Positions 23,300 to 33,860 of a DNA stretch of 64,000 nt are shown here, one piece after another. How positions within the stretch are numbered: position 1 is the stretch's first letter; every line of letters starts with the position of its first letter. The DNA lies in NCBI GenBank assembly GCA_036172245.1, contig JAYWIR010000003.1:4464001-4528000 (forward strand), in the 5' to 3' direction. The stretch is from Raillietiella orientalis (Eukaryota). Under the pieces are notes generated by a model, which saw only the letters and a program-made list of their open reading frames with translations, was not told the origin of the DNA and did no database searches. The translations under genes were made by a program, and so were the position numbers.

Positions 23300-26200
23300 T
23301 TTCACAGACAACCACGGAAGCATCGATGCAAGCGATTCTCAATTCTTTGCTTTCCTGTTCTTTGCTCCAGGCATGCAGATGAATCTGTTTCTCCCCTAGG
23401 CGTGTCTCTTGCAGCTTCCTTTTCAGAAACCTAGACTTTTTCTTCCTGATGCGTCTGCTAGCGATGTCGTTACGCGAATGTCTGGGAGACTTTGACGAGC
23501 GAGGATCGAACCAGAGAGGACAGTCCCAGATTCGAGAAGCTCTCTCTCTGCAGCCTCCGCATCCCAAGTAGTCACCTGGAAACGCGCGCGCTGTCCTCCT
23601 CTTCTGCTTCCACACAGGCCAAACTCGCACGGACCACTCCTACTTCTGTGTGGTGGACCTTTTCAGCCGTTCACTTGCACGAGATCCCATCCGGAGGCCA
23701 CTAGCGATGGTTGGCTCTCGCAGGCACGGGGAGACCCCGAGGGCGCTCTCCTCCTTGACCTTAGAGAATGCTCCCTTCCTTCCGAAGTAGTCCGTTCCAT
23801 CTGGCAGCCCGATGGATGCAGAGCTCTTGGTTTCTCGCCTACCGCGAGCGAGTGCCGCGCATACTAGCCCAGCGGCGCACGTGTGCGTTGTTGCTGGTCG
23901 ACGTCTCCTCCGTCCGTGTCTGCAATAGCTTCTTCAGTCGACCCTCGGAACGTTTGAGGCGAAAATACGAGAGAGGAAGCGTAACAGCTAAAAGCCAACA
24001 GAGAAGGCCAGGAGGAAAGCTCAGGCGGCACGAGGCATAGAAACAGGAAAGAGAACCCGAAAGGCAGCAAGAGAGAAAGAAGGTGACGAATTCGAACCGA
24101 ACTTACCTGCCTTCCCTCTCCGAGAGGACCACAGAGTCCTTCCGGGGACTCTGTGGTCCGGGGAACTCCTCCGTGCGGGAAGGTGGATGCAACCTCATGC
24201 CAGAGCTGTTCTTGAGCAGTCGGACAGGCCACGGAAAGCGACGCTGCAACCACACTTGCTCGAGCGCAGAGTTCAAAGGAGTCAATTTCCCTTTGACCTC
24301 GGCGGCCGTCGAAGACTGGAAGTTCATCCTTCCCTTGCTTCCTGTAGAGATTGGAAGCTCGCTACTGAAGATCCTTGAGAAAGGCGGCGATTCCGACCTT
24401 CAAAGACTAAGAAGAAAACCTTCCATGAGCTTCCGGAGGCAACACTGGTCAGTGACCACCACGGGAAACGCCTGAAACTCTGGAGGGAACCAGAAAGCTT
24501 GAAGGCTGCGCAAGGGTGGGGACAGGGACCTTGGGGCGTTTGTCTAGGAGTACCGGAAGACGCGGGTGACTCCCCTCCAGGATCCATTCCTTCAGGAGAC
24601 GCCCACACGCCCTCCTTTGAACTTCAGGTCCTAGGGATAGGGTGTTGTGAGGATCCTAAGCTGCCACGCGCCACCACGGCGCGTTTCCAGAGAGCATCAA
24701 GTGCCTAGTTCACCCTTTCTTCTCCCTAACGAACTAGAAGAGACCTCAGATTGGGCGTTTCCGGGTTCCAGCCGCAAAACAGTAATCGCACGAATCACCC
24801 AGGTCCTGTTCGAGATTCACGGATGCTGAAACTTCCTTTGCCTCGACTCTGAGGCTGACGGATCCGATTTTCGCTCCAGGCTGCATCCGAGACTGCTGCG
24901 GTCGCCTCCTTCCCGTCAACCGCAGCTGCCCTGCCTCGATGCATGGCTCGAGGGCCACCCAGACCAACGGACGTATCTCGACCGGGCGAAGTTGAGGCTG
25001 GGAGTGCCTTTTCCTCCGTCAAATGTGCTTACCCGATTTCTTCCCTCAAAGAGAACTCGTCCATGCAGGAACGGAAGACCTTTCGACTGACCACCGCACA
25101 GTTCACGCGATGTCTCTCTGGGGAGAAGGGGAGGAGCAGAAGGGGAACAGTGAGCTCTTGTGCTTTACCTCCATCCAATGATTGCCTCATCTTCCTCCCT
25201 TCCTTCCTCCATTTTGGTGTTCCACTTCTTTGAAGATTCCGCGTCTAGCAGGGAAACCGAAACGCCATGCTCCCTGATTTTCGCAAGGGTGACGAAGAAA
25301 AACGTGAAGGAGGAGCAGTACAGGAATGAATAGGAAGAGCGCTAGAGAGCGGAAACGCCCACTGCATTGAGCAAATTTTCCTAGGCAACCCGCAGAATGA
25401 CCCTGGCCATTGACCTGAGCCGAAAGAACTCTAGAGTATGTTTCCTTGAGGCCTACGCAAGCGAGTCTCCAGGAGGGACAGACCTCCAGAACGAACCCCA
25501 GAATCTTACCCTCTGTACCGTCACCCGTTACCCTCGATGTCATCAACCCCCATCGTGTATCCACATGGACTCCAGCTGCCGCCGAGCGTTGCTCGACAAT
25601 TCGCCGTGGATCTTGCCGCCATCCACCACGGATGGCTGATAACTCACCGGGCATTGGTTTCTGATCTCCCGCAGCAAAAGCGCCTAAAGAGCCCTCCTCC
25701 TGGAAGGAACGCACCGTCTCGCGCCCAACTGTGCGTGCACCGGAAGTGTGCCGGCGTTTTTAGAAGACTCTCCGGGATGCCTCGGCTGTTTCCATCCGGA
25801 AGACTCGCCCGTTTCCTCTGCGCGATGTTTGTCTTCCGCTTCCCGCTTCGAAGGGAGGATTCCGGCAAAGAGGCACCGCCAGAGTTGCCTGACTCTGGTC
25901 GACTCGGTCAAGTTTTTTCCCGCCCGCTCTTCGCCTGGGAGAGGTAGCCTCCCAGCTTTGCCAACACGACGGCGAGGGGACTTGGGTGTGGTTTTGTGTG
26001 GAACTGAAGACGATCTCGTCCTTCAGCTGTGGTTCCGGGAATTTTTTTTCTGTTGCAGAGCCGCCCATTGTTGCCGTGGCTTAGTTGTTACGAAGCTCAC
26101 CCGGGTAGGAGGAAGCTCGCGTCATGGGAAGAGAAGAAAGCAGCTGGTTTCCAAGGGAGTTCTTTTTCCCTAACTCCTTGCTGTTGCTCCCGAACCTCGA

Positions 26201-26670
26201 ATGGCGTCGATGAACCAGTAGAGAGAAGGGGCATCTGGGAAGAAGTGCCCTGGAGATGGTGTTCGAGGCTTGGCTCTGCCTCCGTTCCAGGCACAGGCGG
26301 TGTGTGGGATTCGGGGTAGGGAGCCGCCTGCTTCGTCTGCATTCGTTTCGCTTTTTGCATGGCATTCTGGATAGTCGGGTCCAGGGATTTCCACTTCCGG
26401 TTCACCTTGCCCTCGTGAGAGATGAAGAACGCGGGATGAGGTCGTATTGAGACGTTCTGTGACATGAGGAACCGCCAACCCTGTTGCAGCAGATCACGCA
26501 TGGCTTCAAATGGGCACACTCCGGCGAGTCTGGGCTGCAGGGATCCTTGAAGGTAAAGCCTCCGCTCTGTTGCTTTCCTTTTGCGATGGCCCAAGGGTGA
26601 GGGTGGTGGTCCCGTAGAGGTTAGGAATTTCCATTTATTCAGGTCTTCCGTAAAGGTTGCCAGGGGATGA
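23300..26670 (-). mobile_element. Decayed L1/Tx1-like LINE ORF2: RT to C-terminal zinc-finger region
   Basis: Degenerate motifs occur in canonical order: PVPGTEAEP (about 26290, cf. KSPGPDG), WKPAAF (about 26150, cf. WRPI), PFEAGSGRQ (about 25835, cf. GVRQG), SWARDGAF (about 25725, cf. YADD), KILGFV (about 25505), and VWPVW..CGGC..IW (about 23600). Many frameshifts and stops. Confidence 0.7.
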
Positions 26671-26671
26671 T

Positions 26672-27985
26672 TATCACCGGTTATGCCGGGGCAGTTATTA
26701 TTACATAAAGCAATAAAAATACATTAGTGTGGTAGGATCCTTGGTTCTACCACGTACTTGGAACCTGCCGAAGACCGGCACGCAGACCGCGAAGTCCGCC
26801 TCGGCAGCGTGGGGGAAGGGGAACAAAAACAACAACAAAAAAAAACAAAGCAGGGGAGGAAAAATTATACACAGGGTACACGGAGAGGGGGGAACCACAG
26901 CACGCTTCCAGGTGTCCTCTGCCAGCGTACCTCTGGCTGGCAAGTTCCATCAGTGTCCCGCCCAGGTGAGGCCATCTCGAGGCGGTCTTCAGGAAGATCT
27001 GTGCCCAGTGGATGGCGTCCCTGCCATTTTGGTCTCTTTTTCTGGCGTTCCAGGCAGCCACGATCCCGCTAAGACAGCAGGGGACTGAGGGAAGCAGCGG
27101 GCGGCAGTGCGGCACGCACGAAGAGGCGTCTGAAAATGTCCCTGGGGCTACTCACGAGGATACCTAGGATCGTCGCGAGGCGACTCCAAAGGAGTCGGAG
27201 GGCAGCGCAGTCCAACAGCAGGTGCGGGAGGACCTCCCGCTTCCCGCGCCCGTCCCACTCTGAGCGGCCACGCTCCCGTGTCCAGTGGCGAAGGCACGCT
27301 CTACACGAGATTTTCCCATGCACCACCAGCAACGCCAACTCCCGCCACTTGAGGGGGAGGGGACCACTGCTCCAGAACGCTGAGGGGCGCTTCACCTCCA
27401 AAGGGGAGCCGAGCAGCTCTCCCCAGCGTGGAAATCCGTGGTGTGGCACACTCGGGGTCGCAGCGTCCGTCACTTCCCGAGTTGTCCACCCGCTCAGAAG
27501 TTTCTTCTTTGCTGATGTGCAGCAAGTCACTTCCCCTCCTTGCCAGGATTATGCTGTCTCTTGCGTCCCGTGAGAAGGGTCGGTCTGGAGCAAGGGGAAT
27601 AGACGAGACCCTCCGCATCTTGAGCGGGTTGCGGACGATCTCCTCCAGCGGCATGCGAGTGCTGACGCCTCGCTGCAAGCAGGCGCACCCCGCCTCGCTT
27701 GCGCCGTGGATCTTCCCCCATGCGCCAACGGACTTCTGGAACCAGGCATTGCAGTTCGAGAAAAGACAGGAGATCCGAGTGTTCCCCTCCATCAGGGCAA
27801 CCATCTGGCGAAGTTGGCATCCGCAAGGCCGTCTGAGCAATCTCTCGCGAGCGACGAGGAGGGGCATGAGTCCCTCGCAGTCGGTTGCGCTCTACTGGAG
27901 GAACCGCGCTAGTGCGCACCAGGGCGTGGTCCGTCATCTCGCCGCGAGGGCGAGTCTTTTGAGTTGGAACTGACTCTCCATCCTC
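26672..27985 (-). mobile_element. 5'-truncated L1/Tx1-like LINE (ORF2 C-terminus plus 3' UTR), nested insertion
   Basis: Frame 27069-27530 'LPLKWRELALLVVHGKI...EVLPHLLLDCAALRLLWSRL' is zf-RVT-like. DNA is homologous to 38.2-39.0 kb. It has a U-rich 3' UTR and terminal motif, and is flanked by imperfect direct repeats at about 26651-26671 and 27993-28012. Confidence 0.85.
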
Positions 27986-27992
27986 TCCGGGG

Positions 27993-29320
27993 TAAAAGGG
28001 TCAGGGGTTGATGGAAATCCTTTTGCGTTCTTCTGTTTTCTGGTTTTCCTTCCAGCTTTTTTATTTTTTTTTTCGAATTTTTTTTTTGTTTGGGTTCGCC
28101 AAGTACTGAAGAACCGTTCGCTCCCTCGGGAGGAATAGGGAGGGAGGGCTCACGAAGCTTTTGAATGCGGTCCACGCCACCCGACGGTGCGTGTTACTCT
28201 TCGAGTTATAAGAGGTACCCTGCGAGGGGACCGCCCTATGAATCCAGCAAGGATTGTCCCCCGGAGGGGTCGGTCCCCTGGAGGACGCCACTCCTCATTT
28301 TCTCTTCGAAGGGAACCCGAAATGATCGGCTCCTGGATTTCATCCCCGGAGGAATCCCGGAAAGGAGCTGCTCCTTGCCTTTCCTCCTCTGAAGAGAAAC
28401 CCGAAGGGATGCTTCCACATTTTCTCTGAAGGACGCTCCCCTAAGGGAGCAGTGCGCTTCTTGCACTCTGGAGAGGCAACCCCTGAGAGGGGGTAGGGGA
28501 ACAACTTCATTTTCACAACCAAAGGGAACCACGAAGGACTCTTCGATGTCCTGTCAGGACCCCAGAGGGTCCACTTCCAATCTCGGAGACCAACCAACGG
28601 GGCAGCCGGCTACCACCAGTGTCGCACCCGAAGTCTGTGGGCGTCATCTTTGAGGGGAGGGGGGGAGACTCGAAACCCACGACGCCATTCTCAGCATCGA
28701 TCCTTCCTTTCCCGGGTGAGATTCGAACCTGCAACGCGTAGTGCCACGTGCGGAGACCGAAGCCACGCGGCCACCAACGCAAACCTCCGTACCATTGCCG
28801 GAGCATCTCTGCCTCCTTCCTCCGGAAGTCTGCGTGGAGCGCGTCGGGACGGCTAAGAACTGGCAGGAGCACCTTGGTCTTGGAGGTCGAGGGAACGATC
28901 TGGTGAACGAAAGCTGACCTCGAGGTCGCTGCTTCACAAAGAATGCTTCTTGATGAAACTGGAGAGGAATGCGGGAGGTGTCAAAGGTCAGTATTCGGAT
29001 GCTAAGTGCCACTTTTCACCTGACCAGTGACCATCGAAACAGACGGCTCCTTCTTTAAAGGAAGAGCGACACCAAAAAAAGCAAAGGTCGTCTGGAGCAG
29101 TGCATTGGTATCAGAGTGGATCATCATCGATTGGGTTTAGATCTCAGACCAGCATGCAACGAGGTCGGCAAGGGACTCTTGGCTCCACCTTCCGAGCCGG
29201 GGCAGGAATCTGACCGGCTAGCTCGATGGGTGCTCCTGGTGGACGTCCCGAAAGTTGCAACGGGACCCAGAAAACCGTAGCAAGCCAGAGGACATTTAGA
29301 GTTGAAGTGCCAAGGTCCGA
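27993..29320 (-). mobile_element. Decayed APE endonuclease plus tower region of LINE ORF2
   Basis: Ordered remnants: STLNVLWL (about 29300, cf. TLNVRGL), ADLVACWSE (cf. DI..LQE), GVALPLKK (about 29065), ALHADFR (about 28825, cf. GDFN), LRDWKW (about 28585), KMWKHPFGFL (cf. WKLN..LL), and AWTAFKSFV (about 28165). Confidence 0.65.
28650..28780 (-). mobile_element. tRNA-derived SINE-like insert (or decayed tRNA pseudogene)
   Basis: Minus strand has an A-box-like TGGCCGCGTGG with a D-stem GCCG/CGGT and a B-box GGTTCGAATC at tRNA-like spacing. The anticodon, T and acceptor stems do not pair properly. A second B-box-like GGTTTCGAGTC lies near 28670. Confidence 0.55.
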
Positions 29321-29699
29321 TTTCTTCCTGACGTCATCACCGCGTGGGTCCCATGAAACAGGGTGGTCACCGCCTGAGAAGGCGTCTACCGTCGTCATGC
29401 TCTTCCCAGTCGCGGCCAGGCACACCGCGTCGGCCCCTCTCCTAAGCCCGTGCTTCCTTGGAAGAGTCCACCCCAATCTCTCCCAGTTTCCGAAGCGGAC
29501 GTGACATCATCGATGGCTGCATCCTCACGCCGCCCACACGTCCGCCATCTCGCGACAAGGAGTGGCGACGTGCTTGTGCGCCATCATGGTCTGGAATGAC
29601 TCCAACTGAGACGAAGAGCTTCTCCTTTTGTGGGTAACCTCGTGGGCGGGTCGCTGCGGGTGCTGAGTGGCTCAGCAGCTCTCTTGTCGAGGGAGAAAG

Positions 29700-32600
29700 C
29701 TGGCAGCTGTGTCAGTGGCTTGACGGCGGCGCAGAGCAGGAGATCCCGTACTCACCATCCCTGGTCCGCCTCAGGCCATGGATATGCGGACCTTTGAGCT
29801 TCGAGGTGGTCGTCGTGGAAGGAACTGCACACTCAGTCCGTCGCGGGGTTCGGGAACCTCGCGAGATCCTGGCAAGGCAGCCGCCCTTGGGAGAACTGGT
29901 CACCGCCCGGATGGAAAGGATCGCACTTCTGGGAGTCCGAGTGCGAGCGACCTTTACGGAAGGGGGGTGAGTGACGGAGACCGAAACACTCTTCGTCGCC
30001 ACCTCCTCCGCAGCCCTCTTGCTCGCGCAGTGCTCTCCCGGAGTAGACGTTGCCGCAGGGAACTCTGCAGGCATGGACACAGGCACGCTACGTTTTACGT
30101 GGTCCGCGAAAGGCGACCTAGGAAGACTTTCCTACCGCGGCTTGCAGTTCTCCGGAAGGGACCCTCCAAGGTTAGAGAGGAGGCCCACAGTCTCTTCGCT
30201 CTACTCCTTTTCGATCCCAAATGCGGAAATGACGCATCCTCGTTCCTCCTCCCTTCCTCTTCCTCTTCCTCCTTTCATCCACTTACCTTCCTCCAGAAGC
30301 CTTTCTGGTGCGACAGATGCTTCCAGAGCGCGTGTTCTCTCCGTCCCTTCCGACTGACCTGGTCCTCGCTCACACGGACACCGTTAACTTCCTGGAAGCG
30401 CCGCCGCGACGGGTGGAGTTGTTTCCTCTATCAGGCGGCGGCAGCCACGGCTTCTCCCGTCCTTCGTGATGAGGGAGAAGCGGGGAGGAGGAGAGGAAAG
30501 AAGGAGGGAAGAGAGTCCGGAGAGGAAGAGAAGACCATTTCGACCTCAACGGTCCCGCGGTCATCGAAGAGCAATCGCTGCCCTTCCCCCCCCTTCCTTG
30601 CTCACCCGTGCTCAATGACGCAGCACTCCGGGAAGGGAAGACACAGGGTAAGAGAGACACCGGGCCGTCCTTCCCTTTCGGCGGACTTCCCGGAAGAGCA
30701 ACGCGACGCTTGTCTCGGACAGCTCGTCTTTGCTTGTCGGATGTCGCGTGTTCGGGCGTTCGTCTCCAAAAGCCGCAGAGCAACCGCTAAAATCGCACTG
30801 CCTGCGCTGCCCGGCTGCTTGGAAGGCGCCTCTCCTCCCGTTTCCCCGTCGCACCGAATTGGAACGGAAGAGGATAAGGATAAAAGGACGGGAGAGCAGC
30901 TCCTCCGGGATCGCGAGAAAGATAGTTGCCGCCATCATGGCTACGCCCTCTCGGCGGGCGGTGGGAAGCGGTGCCTTTCCTCCACTGCCACCGGTGCGCG
31001 TTTCTTCCTCTCCCTGCCTACCAGCTGTTAGTTAGGAAGTTGATCGGGTTTGTGGCTGTCGGGGTCGATGAGGAGCGCAGCAGCCCAAAGGAGGAAGATC
31101 CCTCAGATGAAAAGTAGATCTTCAAGGATGGGGAAGGAACCTCTTCGAAAGTTCCTTCCCAAGGGAAGGTCCCTTGATGACCCGACCCACACGCCTCGAC
31201 TTCTTTCTGGGTGCTTCTGTCCGTCCCCTATGCTGCCGTCTTGCAGGTCATGGTCCCTCTCCCGCAGCGGGGAGCAGAATTCCCCTCCTCGAGAGCCTCC
31301 AGGACGAGAATGGCTGCGCGTGAGGTACGGGACCATCCCTTCCATCTTCCAATCCTGCCTCCGATGGCCGAGCTCCGAGAAGGCCTCTCGCTTCCGCCTA
31401 TTCAGCAATCCCAAGTTGTGTCTCTCCTCCGATCATTTTTGGCCACATCCTCGGATAACCGTGGGCCCTTCCTCTGTCTCTGAGACACGAGGGGTCTTTT
31501 TCTCGCGGGTTGGGTTCAGCTATTACCTTGGACACGAAAGTGTGCCTCGGGACAAAGGATATCCCGACTCGGGCCCTCGGCAGATGCTCACACTTGACCT
31601 TCCTCGCCTGCTTATTGGTTCGTCCTCCTTCCATCTTTTCTCTCCTCTTCCACGTACTGCCTCGAAGGGTCGTCCCCCGTGGGTCAGCGTCGGACGGAGC
31701 CCTTCATTCGAGTGCATCCTCTTGTTTATTCGGTTTAACAGCGTTGTTCGGAGGATGGGGGAAGGGTCGGTCGCTTCCTGGAGTCACCGACCTGCGGGGC
31801 AAATGGCCCTCCCGCTGTACATCATGCGTATCGGGGCAGCCTTCAAGCATAAAGACTCCAGGGGCCTCGGACCTTCCGGGCACGGCCATGCAGACTTCCC
31901 TGTAGTGCTCTGGAGAGAATTGGGAAAGGGAGAGAGTTCGCGAGGGTGCGCACCGAGTGCATGCGCGGCTTTTGGAAGAAAAGGGAGAAAGAGAGGGAGG
32001 AGGATACCACCCCGGTGCAGCCGCCGTCATTGCCGTCATCCACCCCGACATCGTCGCCGTCATGGTATCGCCGGACGGCCGTAGCTGCCCTCAGGCTAGG
32101 AAATCTCGAGAGAGCATCGGCATTTCTCGAGTACCGGGTCTCCCGCTCCCAGTACGTTCTTTTGGACCTTCCTCTCTTCCAATGCGAGCGACGAAGAGGG
32201 ATGCGCGACCCCTCCAGGCATCGCCTAAGGGTGTCCCTGCACCCCGGGAAAGAGGCGACCCCGCCGCCTCTCTTCCTCTCACACCGCCTCGAAAGGGGTG
32301 GGGTGGGGTGGGACGAGGTCGCACGGATGCTGAAGCTGGCAACGGAAGGGGGGAAGGGAGGAAGGTGACCCAGCAGGTCCGGATGTTGCTCCGACCTCTT
32401 TCCTGTCCAGGAGAGGAGAGGCCGCTCTGGATCGGTGGGTGGGGGGAGAAGGTCGGAAGACTTCCCCCGGCTGCCAGTCCGCTCCGCTACCCCGCAGGTG
32501 GTCTTCTACTGGGGATTCCTCGGGCCTTAGGAAGGGAGGACGCGCATGCTCCGAGGACAGGCAACTGAAAAACCCGGAGAATTTTGCCGGTACTCCCAGA

Positions 32601-33450
32601 GCATGCACCTCTTCTGACTGCCGACCGTGAGGCCCGGACTCGTGGAACTCAGCAACCTCCACTCCCCACCCCCCTGCACTGTTGTCGTGACCCCGTGACC
32701 TTCGCGGGCGTCTTCCGGCTCTTCCAGAATGCTGCTGCTCGTCTAATCCAGGTCCTGGGAAGGGAGCGACGGTGGCACCCCGTGCTGGTGCCGCAAAGGT
32801 CGGCTCCGCCTTCCGCACCCCCACGCTGGCCGCCTGGACGAACCGAGACCCGAATCGTCATCCTTTTGTGGGTGCCCGAGGCAAGACTGCGTGATGGATG
32901 CACATGCCTTTCCCGTTGGCTTTCCTTCGCCTGAGTGCAGAGGGGGAAGAAACGCCTGTAGAAGAGTGGACCCTGGAGGCATCTCAGAGTCAAGACACGA
33001 CGATCTTTCCCGGAACGCGTCCAGTAGGATAGGGAAGTCCCGGAGAGACTTGCGAGACATCCCCGCGACACACAATATCCTCGACCAGCTCCCGGAAGTA
33101 AACCGGAGACCTCAAGGTCAGCGCTCGGGGAGATTCTGCAGTGCTACTGCGTTCCTTGTCTTTTCGGCGCCGCATCCTCCGCTCCCTCTCTTCCTGGGTA
33201 CGGAGCCAGGGTTCTCGCCGGGGGACCGGGAACGCAGTCCACGCCTCGCACTCGCGTCCCGCAGCCTCCCTTTTGTGCAGCGCGGCCGAACGAGGCAGTG
33301 GCGCGTGAGCCCCTGAGAAGGGAAGGACTGCGAGACAATCGCGCCCGCGGCTTTCCTCCGCTCTGTGGGAAAACCGATGGAGCCGCTGCGACCCGTGTTT
33401 GAGCAGAGCCGCCAGCACCGTCTCATCCACCACCACCAACACCACCATAG
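29700..33450 (-). mobile_element. Two or three stacked LINE ORF1-like relics upstream of the APE remnant
   Basis: 'KDPSCLRDRGRAHGYP' (about 31480, knuckle-like), 'FRELVEDIVCRGDVSQV' (about 33070), and the repeat-family core GGCTACG..AGCGGTGCC at about 30940. Confidence 0.45.
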
Positions 33451-33794
33451 CGAGCTATTTCTAAGAGCCTCGACGAAGAGCGAAAGAGACCACCGAAGTG
33501 ACCTCCGATCTGCAGCGCCTTCCCGGAGGTCGGGTCAACCGGACCGGACGGTCCAACCGCCACGTAGGCTGCTTCTGCTGGCCTTCGGAGCTAGCTTTCG
33601 AGCGAAGGGGCAGGAGAGCGGGCCAGTGAACACCAAAAGAAGGCGACGGATGTCTTCGCGTAACGGAAAGAGCCCCACGCAAAAAGATGAAAAAAAGAAC
33701 GAAAGACGACCAAACGAGGGGATGGCTTCTTGCATCCAGCTCAAAATGCACGGTTCGGATCTGGGAGGCGAGAGCGAGCGAACTCCTTCCGAAG

Positions 33795-33860
33795 ACAATG
33801 GCGCGACTGCGCTTAATTGAGGGTTTGCATAATTAATTAGTGCGGACAATGAAGTTAATG
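33795..33860. promoter_or_regulatory. Homeodomain/POU/Sox-like motif cluster
   Basis: ACAATG (33795 and 33846), TTAATTG (33813), TTTGCAT-AATTAATTA (33824-33839) and TTAATG (33855), all within 66 bp. Confidence 0.35.

Noticed and set aside
28708..28780. Functional tRNA gene
   Set aside because: The anticodon, T and acceptor stems do not pair; retained only as a tRNA-derived relic.
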